This document shows positions 1 to 6,874 of a stretch of 16,191 bases of DNA, in pieces. Origin of the DNA: a virus; IMG/VR virus record IMGVR_UViG_3300010374_000001, one strand, 5' to 3'. The stretch's first letter is position 1; every line of letters starts with the position of its first letter. Position numbers and translations under genes: made by a program. The notes below the pieces were generated by a model. The model searched no databases. It was given only the letters and a program-made list of their open reading frames with translations, and had not been told where the DNA came from.

Positions 1-123
1 GGAAAAGCAAAAACTTGATACTTTGTATTATCTACTAAAGCTGTGGCTAAGGTAGTTCTAAGGGTGGTAATTGGAACTGGCATCAGCCCACCATTGAAGT
101 TGGTGCGAGTGCATGAGAAATCA
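1..123. repeat. Terminal direct repeat, copy 1 (identical to 16069-16191)
   Basis: Full base-by-base comparison with 16069-16191 shows identity over all 123 nt. It contains the 5' end (1-83) of the 130-aa gene that starts at 16151. Confidence 0.95.
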
Positions 124-658
124 ATCCCCGTACTTTCGCCAATAATTGCGCTGACATCCTGTACGGGGATAGCTGGAAATCAACGGCATTAGAACCTGAG
201 AGAGTAGCGGTTCTTGCTTGCCAGATTTCAACAGCGATCATCAAAGCTGCGTTTTGTACTGCTTGATCTAAAGTCCAGTCCACATAAGTATCTGCTGTGA
301 CTACGCCAAAAGGTTGTACTGGATGCTCTACTGCTGGAGTGTTGTTGTTACCTGTAATTGCATAAGTAATGTTGTAATCGCCTACACCAGTGAGAGTCTT
401 TGATCCGTTGTGCTTAGATCCGTTGCCACTAATAACTACTGTTTGACCTACATAAAAAACTTTTTCTACTTTGTCTTGAAAGTAAAGTGTGCCTGTAGTT
501 GCTGTGTTGCTATGTGCAATGTTGTATGTTGTATTAGTCCAGAGCATAGGCAAAAGGACTGCATCGGCGGCATCGCACACGGATTCCAATACAGAATCTT
601 GATAGAGCGTTCCCACCCCAAGTGTGCTGCGAAGTTCCGCGACAGTCGTTAATGCCAT
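83..658 (-). CDS. Head-tail adaptor (gp6-like connector) with a large central insertion
   Basis: 191-aa ORF with an AAAGGA SD 7 nt before ATG 656-658, immediately downstream of the capsid gene. The N-terminal TVAELRSTLGV...DAADAVLLP and C-terminal AALMIAVEIWQAR segments resemble gp6-like adaptors. The TGA at 83-85 overlaps the ATG at 81-83 (= 16149-16151) of the next gene. Confidence 0.6.
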   Translation of the reverse strand: MALTTVAELRSTLGVGTLYQDSVLESVCDAADAVLLPMLWTNTTYNIAHSNTATTGTLYFQDKVEKVFYVGQTVVISGNGSKHNGSKTLTGVGDYNITYAITGNNNTPAVEHPVQPFGVVTADTYVDWTLDQAVQNAALMIAVEIWQARTATLSGSNAVDFQLSPYRMSAQLLAKVRGLISHALAPTSMVG

Positions 659-676
659 GATGATCCTTTCTAAAGA

Positions 677-709
677 CTCTCAGGGGTAGAGGGCTACTAC
701 CCCTGAGAG
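677..709 (-). terminator. Perfect 13-bp stem / 7-nt loop hairpin after the capsid gene (terminator, attenuator or mRNA-stabilising element)
   Basis: Arm 677-689 (ctctcaggggtag) is the exact reverse complement of arm 697-709 (ctacccctgagag), with loop 690-696. It lies 18 nt after the MCP stop at 728. On the transcript it is followed by UCUUUAGAAAGGA, a short U tract that runs into the next SD. Confidence 0.5.
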
Positions 710-727
710 CGACTTAGTTGCGAGTAA

Positions 728-2353
728 TTACGCTACTGCGAAGCGGCGTACACCCTTACCTGACTTAGCAACATAGAGTGCTAGGTATCCGTAAAGGTTG
801 ATTTCAATTTCGCCTGATGTTAGAACATTTACGCGAAGTTGAGTTGTTGGTGACTCCCATGCATATACAGATGTTGGTGCAACCAAGAAGGCTGAATCAT
901 CTGAAATGCCTGAAGCTGAAATGTTGTGATCTACGATGAGGTCAGTTCCAAGAACTCCACCACGAACAGATGTTGCTACTGCATTACCTGATGCGTTGTA
1001 TGTTGGGCCTTGTGCTGAGTACAATGCGCGACCTGTGGTATCTGCGTATCCTGCGATTGCAGCCCATTGGTCAGTCGATGCAACTAGCTTGTTAGCAAAG
1101 TCTCCGCCTGTACCCTTATATGCTGCTGCGCCTTCTACTGCAATGAATGACTGTAATCCAGCTGCTGTTGTTGCAACATTTGTTGCTGCTGTTCCAGCTG
1201 AGATGAACTTAGCAATAAGAGCTGCATCTGTTGCTTTCTCGTACGCTTTACGGAGTTCTGTCATCATCAATTCCATGAACTGTGGTTGGCTGCGGTCGAT
1301 GAGCTCAAAACTAACTCGTTGCAAACCTGAGAACTTCTCGACTGTTACTGTGTCGTAAGCTGAAGTCATGCCTGTTTCAGATGGTGCTGAACCTTCGTTA
1401 GTGTCTGCAACTGTTGGTGCAACATCCGCTGATGACGCATTGGTATAAAGGCGAGGTACAGTGAAAGACATGCCCTCTGCCATAAGTGCAGATCGTGTTA
1501 CTGCTTCAAATGCTGGACGGCCAGTAAATGTGTCAGTAATAAATGTGTTTAGGTGTGGTGCAAGTGTAAGACCAGTGTTTGTTGATGTTGAATCATCTGC
1601 TGCGCGTACTGTGCGGCGTGCTTCGTCATCACCAAGTGCTGCCTTGATGTTTGCTTCTAGATATTGTGCTGATGTAATTGGTGCTACGCGCTCACGCACG
1701 AATGTAGTTGCTGTTACCACAGGGCGAGCAGCTTCAACCGCTGCTGCTTCTACTGCTGGTGCTGCAACTGTCTCTGGAGTATTTTCCACAGCTGTCTCGC
1801 TTTCGGTTTCTGTTTCGGTTTCAATCTCAACGATTGTCGTATTGATTGTTGTGGTTTTTTCTTTTGTGCTTGTTGCAGCTTCTACATCTGATTCAGCTGC
1901 TACATCGATGACCATCGCGCTTTTAAAAGCGGGCTCTGTCACCAAACTGACCTCGAATAAACGGGCTGAACTAACATGCATTACGCCGCCCTTATTCTTT
2001 GACTTGATAACTTCTACTCCTACAGATAGTCCAGACTGTAAGCCTTCTTCTGCAAGGATAAGTGCTTCTGTTCCACGATTGGAACGAGAGATTTTGAAGC
2101 TACCAAAAATGTTTCCTTGAGAATCCTCTGAAAAACTTGTTGCTTTTCCTAAAGGTTGTCTCATGTCATGCTGATTAAGTAGCTTGATTGTTTTAGGATC
2201 TTCTGGAAGTGCAATAGCGCCCTTTTCAAAGACCACTCGGCCAGCCGATGTGTTACCGATTTCGCCTGTACCTGCTGGAACTATTTTGCCTGAGATTGTG
2301 CGTTCTTCTACATTGGCAGTTAGTTCAGCAGAGAATGTAAGGATGTTTGTCAT
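728..2353 (-). CDS. Fused prohead protease / acidic linker / HK97-fold major capsid protein
   Basis: 541-aa ORF with a GAAGGA SD 7 nt upstream and a TAATG overlap with the portal stop. Residues 1-150 carry HK97-type (S78) protease hallmarks: LLNQHD with a putative catalytic His, GLSVGVEV with a putative Ser, and VTEPAF at the end. Residues 151-215 are an E/T/A-rich linker (IETETETESET, AVEAAAVEAA). Residues from about 216 to 541 have an HK97 MCP-like pattern (VTVEKFSGLQRVSFELIDRSQP, AALIAKF, GTGG). Confidence 0.85.
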   Translation of the reverse strand: MTNILTFSAELTANVEERTISGKIVPAGTGEIGNTSAGRVVFEKGAIALPEDPKTIKLLNQHDMRQPLGKATSFSEDSQGNIFGSFKISRSNRGTEALILAEEGLQSGLSVGVEVIKSKNKGGVMHVSSARLFEVSLVTEPAFKSAMVIDVAAESDVEAATSTKEKTTTINTTIVEIETETETESETAVENTPETVAAPAVEAAAVEAARPVVTATTFVRERVAPITSAQYLEANIKAALGDDEARRTVRAADDSTSTNTGLTLAPHLNTFITDTFTGRPAFEAVTRSALMAEGMSFTVPRLYTNASSADVAPTVADTNEGSAPSETGMTSAYDTVTVEKFSGLQRVSFELIDRSQPQFMELMMTELRKAYEKATDAALIAKFISAGTAATNVATTAAGLQSFIAVEGAAAYKGTGGDFANKLVASTDQWAAIAGYADTTGRALYSAQGPTYNASGNAVATSVRGGVLGTDLIVDHNISASGISDDSAFLVAPTSVYAWESPTTQLRVNVLTSGEIEINLYGYLALYVAKSGKGVRRFAVA

Positions 2354-3489
2354 TAGATTCCTTCACTTCCGTTTGGTGTTAAATCTTCCATTTCCATAGC
2401 CTGCTCAACTGTGATTAGGCCTAGAGATAGCATCTTCTCAAGCACTAGCAGTCTTTCCATTGGATCAGTCTTTAGGAAAGATGAATCGACATCGAAGCGC
2501 ACAGAATTTCCTCTGGCGGTGATGTCATCCATGCTGAGTCTGTGAGAAATCGCATTTACATAAGGCGCAACGCTGAATGAGAAAAATTGTTTGCGCTCAT
2601 CTAATACATTTGCATAAGTCATTGAGTTGTTCATCTCTGCTGACAATAGGTATGCAGGGATGTTGCACAATCTTCCGATTTCCGTAGCAAGGAATTGTTG
2701 TGCCGAATCGTACATCATGTCTTTAGGTGAAAATGATGATGGAGTATATTCCAAAGTAGAAGTTAAATAAGCAGTAGCGCGATTTTGTCTAGCGTTCTTC
2801 CAAGCTGCTAACAATCCTTGAATTTCTTTAGGATCTAAATCTGCACCGTTGTTTTTAATAACGCCTGAAGGCATTGGAGTAGATGCTGCTATTACAGCCG
2901 CTTTGCGCAAATCAATCGCGGCGCGGATAGTTTCACTTCCTCTTTCGAGGATGCCCTCATCAAATGCTTGAAATGTGACAATGCTGCCAAGACCTGACAT
3001 AGGCACTGCAACTGCATCAATGTAATACTGAGTGACAGTCGTACCGTATAAATCAGTTTCAAATGTTACTTTAACATTTGGAATCCACTGGAATCGAGAT
3101 GGTCTGCCATCTTCTGCATAGACTTCTGTAACTTGCCAATAAGCCACGCCATACATAAGCAAAGAATCTACAGTCCATGCCATTGTTACAGAACGAGGTT
3201 GATTGATTGCTGGTTGATCTACCCAGAGAGGATTACCTAGTTCTTCACCAGTTGAATTGCGATAAAGATTCATTGGCAGATCAGCTACAACAGATGCTAA
3301 AAGATTTCTGCATCGAGCAACTGAAGGTACTGACATTGCCTCATTGCGATTAACGCGTGGCAAAATGTAGTTATAGAGAGAGTTTAGATTCTCTCCCATA
3401 ATTGTTGGTGCGTATTGCGCAAGAAGCGAGTTAGCCTTCTTAGGAGCTTCTGATCTGCTAAAGATACCCATAGACATAAAGGATACCAT
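2353..3489 (-). CDS. Portal protein (HK97-type)
   Basis: 378-aa ORF between TerL and the protease/MCP gene, with size and sequence pattern typical of Phage_portal family proteins. No obvious SD precedes ATG 3487-3489. Alternative in-frame ATGs occur at codons 5 and 7. Confidence 0.85.
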   Translation of the reverse strand: MVSFMSMGIFSRSEAPKKANSLLAQYAPTIMGENLNSLYNYILPRVNRNEAMSVPSVARCRNLLASVVADLPMNLYRNSTGEELGNPLWVDQPAINQPRSVTMAWTVDSLLMYGVAYWQVTEVYAEDGRPSRFQWIPNVKVTFETDLYGTTVTQYYIDAVAVPMSGLGSIVTFQAFDEGILERGSETIRAAIDLRKAAVIAASTPMPSGVIKNNGADLDPKEIQGLLAAWKNARQNRATAYLTSTLEYTPSSFSPKDMMYDSAQQFLATEIGRLCNIPAYLLSAEMNNSMTYANVLDERKQFFSFSVAPYVNAISHRLSMDDITARGNSVRFDVDSSFLKTDPMERLLVLEKMLSLGLITVEQAMEMEDLTPNGSEGI

Positions 3490-3523
3490 TTGTCAAGTAA
3501 TTAGACAAACAATATGGGTGTGT

Positions 3524-4948
3524 CTAAGTATAAATTTGCGGCTTAGGTTGAGGCAACATTAACTTCGATACAACCATCGCCAAACCGATAGGTGCTGAGA
3601 TGTCTCCAGCAGACTTGCGTTTGATAATGCGCCATGCAGAGTCATTGACTTTAGCTGCACAGTTATTCATCTGTTGAATCAACTCAGACTGGCCATTGTG
3701 AACGACTCGATGATTGACCAAGCCTTCTAATAAGTCACCACAGGCCTTATAGAACTGCTGACCCGATACATCCTCGACCATTACCCCACTTTGAGCAAGT
3801 CTGTCTGCAATAGTCTGTGTAGCGTATTTGTCAAAGCAAACTAGGCGAGGCTTATAGATGTCAGCCCATCCTTTAATGCTTGCAGCCATCTTTAATTCGT
3901 CAATGGCTACTTGAGAGCTGTAAGTCTCCAAGATCCCAATGCCAATCCGCCCATCTGGCAAAATTTGTCCTGCGACCAATGATCCATTGCGCCGTGACGG
4001 ACTGACATCGAAACCAAACACAGTATAAGCCCCAGCAGTCATTTCTAAGGTGCTATCCGATGTTTCTTCTAAAACTCCATGCGGCCACGGACTTGACAAG
4101 CTATCAATCCACTGGCAAAGCGTTTCTGTGCGCGTATTTTCAATCGGCGATGTGGCTATCGCTTCTTCAATAGCTTCTTCTGTAATTGTGTAACCTAAAG
4201 ACGGATTAGCCATCGCCCATGCATTGCGATCTTCTATCTTGCAGTATTGGGGAGCTGAGTATTCATAGAAACCAAAAGACTTAGGTGGATAAGAGATAGC
4301 GCGCTCTCGTAGATCATTGAGCACTGTGCTAAAGGCATCTCCAGCATTACTACACAGCAGAGTATGAGAATTTGGGTGGGCTCTGGTTACTGGGGTCGCA
4401 GCTCTAAATCCTTCTTCGCTAATCTCTCGAACTTCATCAATAAATAACAATCCATTGACTGATCTACCGCGAGAGCCGTCTCTGGTAGCTGCTACAACAT
4501 CTAATCGTGTGCCATTAAGCATTTCGATTGACTCAGTGCCATTTGCATAGCGAATCTGTTTAACAAAGCCCTTGAGGTGGTCGTTATTTTCTAGGATGTC
4601 TGTGACTTGTCTGAAGGTGTCTAAAGCCATGCTTCTATTAGATGACATAATCAAGACATTGGTTTCCCACTTGATTAAATGAGCCAAAATGAGCATGCGC
4701 GCTAAATGTGTCTTGCCATTCTGGCGAGCAATCAATAATAGGTTCGTCTTGCGAATCCATTTACCTTTTGAGTCCACCGTGAGCATATCTTTGAGCACAT
4801 GCTCCTGCCACGGTAGCAAAGGCATCTTAATAATCTCACAGAGCTGTTTAACATCATCAAGTTTATTTTTGCCCTTAAGAGGCACACTCTGAAGCCTCGG
4901 TTTAGTTGCCCCTCGTAGCGCCAGTTTCTTTTTGGGTTTATCTGTCAT
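3524..4948 (-). CDS. terL: Terminase large subunit
   Basis: 474-aa ORF. It has a Walker A-like ARQNGKT, a Walker B-like LLFIDEV, and a C-terminal RNase H-like nuclease pattern (FGFDVSPS). ATGA overlap with the HNH stop at 4945-4948. Confidence 0.9.
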   Translation of the reverse strand: MTDKPKKKLALRGATKPRLQSVPLKGKNKLDDVKQLCEIIKMPLLPWQEHVLKDMLTVDSKGKWIRKTNLLLIARQNGKTHLARMLILAHLIKWETNVLIMSSNRSMALDTFRQVTDILENNDHLKGFVKQIRYANGTESIEMLNGTRLDVVAATRDGSRGRSVNGLLFIDEVREISEEGFRAATPVTRAHPNSHTLLCSNAGDAFSTVLNDLRERAISYPPKSFGFYEYSAPQYCKIEDRNAWAMANPSLGYTITEEAIEEAIATSPIENTRTETLCQWIDSLSSPWPHGVLEETSDSTLEMTAGAYTVFGFDVSPSRRNGSLVAGQILPDGRIGIGILETYSSQVAIDELKMAASIKGWADIYKPRLVCFDKYATQTIADRLAQSGVMVEDVSGQQFYKACGDLLEGLVNHRVVHNGQSELIQQMNNCAAKVNDSAWRIIKRKSAGDISAPIGLAMVVSKLMLPQPKPQIYT

Positions 4949-5277
4949 TGATTCGGATCAGGTCTGAGCTTAAACGGACTGTCTTGCATCGTTTCGGACT
5001 GTTTTGGAGAGAGGATGCCCGAAAAGACAGGGGGGGTAGAACCTCTGCCTAAAAAAAGCCCTTCTTTAGCGCCCTTGAGCGTGTTACATCTGGCACAACA
5101 AGCCAATAGATTATCAAGCTCATGTCCGCCGCCTTTACTTCGTGGAATTACATGATCAACTTGTGTTGCATCTTCGCCACAGTATTGACAGATATACGAG
5201 TCACGCTTGAGTACACGCAGTCGTTGGTCTTTCCAACGCTGAGTGCCAAGCTCTCTATGACTAGGGTTCAATACCAA
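4945..5277 (-). CDS. HNH endonuclease (packaging-associated)
   Basis: Motifs CQYCG...VDHVIPRSKGGGHELDNLLACCARCN form an HNH core with two CxxC pairs, directly upstream of TerL. There is no ATG start. The track start at 5277 is TTG. A second TTG at 5269-5271 sits 7 nt after AAAGGA and overlaps the upstream TGA as TTGA, so 5271 may be the true start. Confidence 0.9.
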   Translation of the reverse strand: MVLNPSHRELGTQRWKDQRLRVLKRDSYICQYCGEDATQVDHVIPRSKGGGHELDNLLACCARCNTLKGAKEGLFLGRGSTPPVFSGILSPKQSETMQDSPFKLRPDPNQ

Positions 5278-5720
5278 TTCCTTTTACGCCAGTGATTCAA
5301 AGCAGCGCATGTATTAGGCTGCATGCCCTCTATTGTACGCACATAACCAAACTTATGGCCTATATAACGCAATCCCCAATCTACCTGTTGTAGTGGGCTA
5401 GCAGTTCTTAGGAACTCTGACTTACCTTGAGGTATTCCATAGACTCGATGAGTACCGTTTAAGTTACCAACCGCTTTCCAATTCCAAGCGCTTTCTTTTC
5501 CCCAAAGTGTTGCAACACATTTGTAATTCTTAACTGTTAATTGTCCTGCTGCATATTGTTTTGATGTGATTCTTTTAGTTGCATCGTTTGTCGCCCATGA
5601 TGCTGATCCTACGGAAAAGCATAGAGCTCCCCCGATAACGATTGCTATCGAGCGAACTAACCGCTTCACGGTTCGCTCTGAGCCCCTGAAGGGCTCTAGC
5701 GCTCTGAGTGTACTGGTCAT
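5268..5720 (-). CDS. Exported (signal peptide or SAR-anchored) lytic-transglycosylase-like peptidoglycan hydrolase
   Basis: I place the start at ATG 5718-5720 (MTSTLRAL...). The longer track ORF would overlap the upstream gene. The N-terminus has KRLVR followed by the G/A/S-rich hydrophobic stretch SIAIVIGGALCFSVGSASWA. The catalytic-domain pattern LWGKESAWNWKA...YGIPQ...VDWGLRYI...C.A..HW...NWY matches the ESxWN...GxxGIPQ family of secreted actinobacterial/Firmicute transglycosylase-like proteins. Confidence 0.7.
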   Translation of the reverse strand: MTSTLRALEPFRGSERTVKRLVRSIAIVIGGALCFSVGSASWATNDATKRITSKQYAAGQLTVKNYKCVATLWGKESAWNWKAVGNLNGTHRVYGIPQGKSEFLRTASPLQQVDWGLRYIGHKFGYVRTIEGMQPNTCAALNHWRKRNWY

Positions 5721-5760
5721 GTCAAATCCATTTCTATAAGTGCTGGTCAGGACGGCGTTT

Positions 5761-5931
5761 CTATTTATCGGTTGAGTAGAATCCCTTTCCTTTGAACACA
5801 ACATTAGGTGCTGAATAGATTCGATTAGCTTGAGCACCACAATCTGTGCATCTAACTAAATCGTGATCCATAGATAGTTCAAGCTCCATCTGTGTATTAC
5901 AAATAGGGCATCTATATTCATACATTGGCAT
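5761..5931 (-). CDS. FmdB-family zinc-ribbon protein (CxxC_CxxC_SSSS type)
   Basis: The 56-aa product from ATG 5929-5931 is MPMYEYRCPICNTQ...VRCTDCGAQANRIYSAPNVVFKGKGFYSTDK. The MPxYEYxC start, two CxxC pairs and the GxGFYxTD tail are family hallmarks. The upstream part of the 105-aa track ORF is out-of-frame overlap with the nuclease gene. Confidence 0.7.
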   Translation of the reverse strand: MPMYEYRCPICNTQMELELSMDHDLVRCTDCGAQANRIYSAPNVVFKGKGFYSTDK

Positions 5932-6367
5932 TAGGCGCTTCTTTCTCACAAGTCTTACATCTCCAATGTTTGATTTTCTGACTTCCACATTTATCGCATC
6001 GTTCAACTGCCGCTTCCCAATCAATATCTGGCGGTATTCGGTCATAGTCCGCTTTTCGTAGAAGCTCCACCAGATCACCTAACGGCAGCATGCAGACGAA
6101 TTGCTCGACTGATGCAGATCCCATTCCGTTTAAGCGAAAGCATGCAAATCCTAATTCCCCCGATTTAGAAGTGCGTGCTTTGATCTGGCGGAGCGTTCCA
6201 CTTATGTCTAGGGAATTTCTAGCCTTGATCTCGATGTCGAACGGAACTCCGAGAACATCCTTCCCTTGACCTCGACCTACGCTAGCGTGTGGCCACCATT
6301 GCTGCAAGAACGATGCCACCAGCCTTTCGGTCGCGTACCCTCGATGCTTACGACTCTGCTGACTCAT
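5918..6367 (-). CDS. Hjc-type PD-(D/E)xK nuclease (putative Holliday-junction resolvase) with a C-terminal zinc ribbon
   Basis: 149-aa ORF. GYATERLVASFL...GQGKDVLG...FDIEIKAR gives the E...D...ExK arrangement typical of archaeal-type Hjc resolvases. The C-terminus has CDKC...CKTC. It overlaps the upstream gene by 20 nt and the downstream gene by 14 nt. Confidence 0.6.
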   Translation of the reverse strand: MSQQSRKHRGYATERLVASFLQQWWPHASVGRGQGKDVLGVPFDIEIKARNSLDISGTLRQIKARTSKSGELGFACFRLNGMGSASVEQFVCMLPLGDLVELLRKADYDRIPPDIDWEAAVERCDKCGSQKIKHWRCKTCEKEAPNANV

Positions 6368-6569
6368 CAGCTTCTTTAGTTACTGTCAATGATATATGTG
6401 ATACTGCATGACATTTAATGCAAGTCAAAAACACTTTATCGTTAAACTCTGGAATGATAGCCACAGGCTCATTGCACAAATCGCAATAGATAACAATGTT
6501 TTCACGATCGCCTTCTGTGCTAATTATTTCAGCAGCTCCATCCTCATGGAATATCATCATTTCGCCCAT
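6348..6569 (-). CDS. Small zinc-ribbon protein, function unknown
   Basis: 73-aa ORF with CDLC-x17-CIKC and an acidic C-terminus. TGATG overlap with the upstream wHTH gene. Confidence 0.6.
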   Translation of the reverse strand: MGEMMIFHEDGAAEIISTEGDRENIVIYCDLCNEPVAIIPEFNDKVFLTCIKCHAVSHISLTVTKEADESAES

Positions 6570-6874
6570 CAGAACATCATCCCTTCATCAACCGCACGCC
6601 ACACTACGCATGGATTGCCGTTTGAGTTGTTTCGAGTTTCTCCCGAATCAATTATGTAATTATCTTTAAGCAATGTCATTCGAGTTGGTCGAATTGTGTC
6701 TCCAGATAAGTTCAGGTTCAGTTGCATTTCCTGATCAGTAGCTCCTCGAAGCCCTTGTCTAATGAGATACTCATAGACTTTTAATCGAATAGATCCCGAC
6801 TTAGGATAAATCCGCTCAGCTGCAATCCTCGATGTCTCTCTCGCATCATGCTTAACAATGACTTTGTTATCCAT
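6569..6874 (-). CDS. Winged helix-turn-helix DNA-binding protein
   Basis: 101-aa ORF. The pattern SRIAAERIYPKSGSIRLKVYEYLIRQGLRGATDQEM...IRPTRMTLLKDNYIIDSG...VVW matches MarR/wHTH-like phage regulators. TGATG overlap with the upstream gene. Confidence 0.6.
   Translation of the reverse strand: MDNKVIVKHDARETSRIAAERIYPKSGSIRLKVYEYLIRQGLRGATDQEMQLNLNLSGDTIRPTRMTLLKDNYIIDSGETRNNSNGNPCVVWRAVDEGMMF

Noticed and set aside
1-83. Apparent truncated duplicate (pseudogene) of the 5' end of the 130-aa gene at the window start.
   Set aside because: It is part of the exact 123-bp end overlap and so is an artefact of linearising a circular sequence, not a second gene copy.
1793-1830. Short tandem DNA repeat (tttcggtttc units) that might suggest a VNTR or CRISPR-like element.
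   Set aside because: It is simply the coding sequence for the ETETETESET linker within the protease-MCP ORF. It has too few units, no spacers, and keeps the reading frame.
3489-3509. 6-bp AT-rich inverted repeat (tttgtc/gacaaa, 9-nt loop) between TerL and the portal gene.
   Set aside because: The stem is weak and short and overlaps the portal start codon. It is within chance expectation for an AT-rich spacer.
5721-5840. N-terminal 40 codons of the 190-aa track ORF (MVLKLIESIQ...).
   Set aside because: It would overlap the FmdB-type gene by 80 nt and starts at a non-ATG codon. The internal ATG at 5720 gives a canonical signal-peptide N-terminus.
5932-6078. N-terminal 49 codons of the 105-aa track ORF (MIWWSFYEKR...).
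   Set aside because: This part is out-of-frame overlap with the nuclease gene. The FmdB-family signature begins exactly at MPMYEYRC (ATG at 5931), so the gene is 56 aa.
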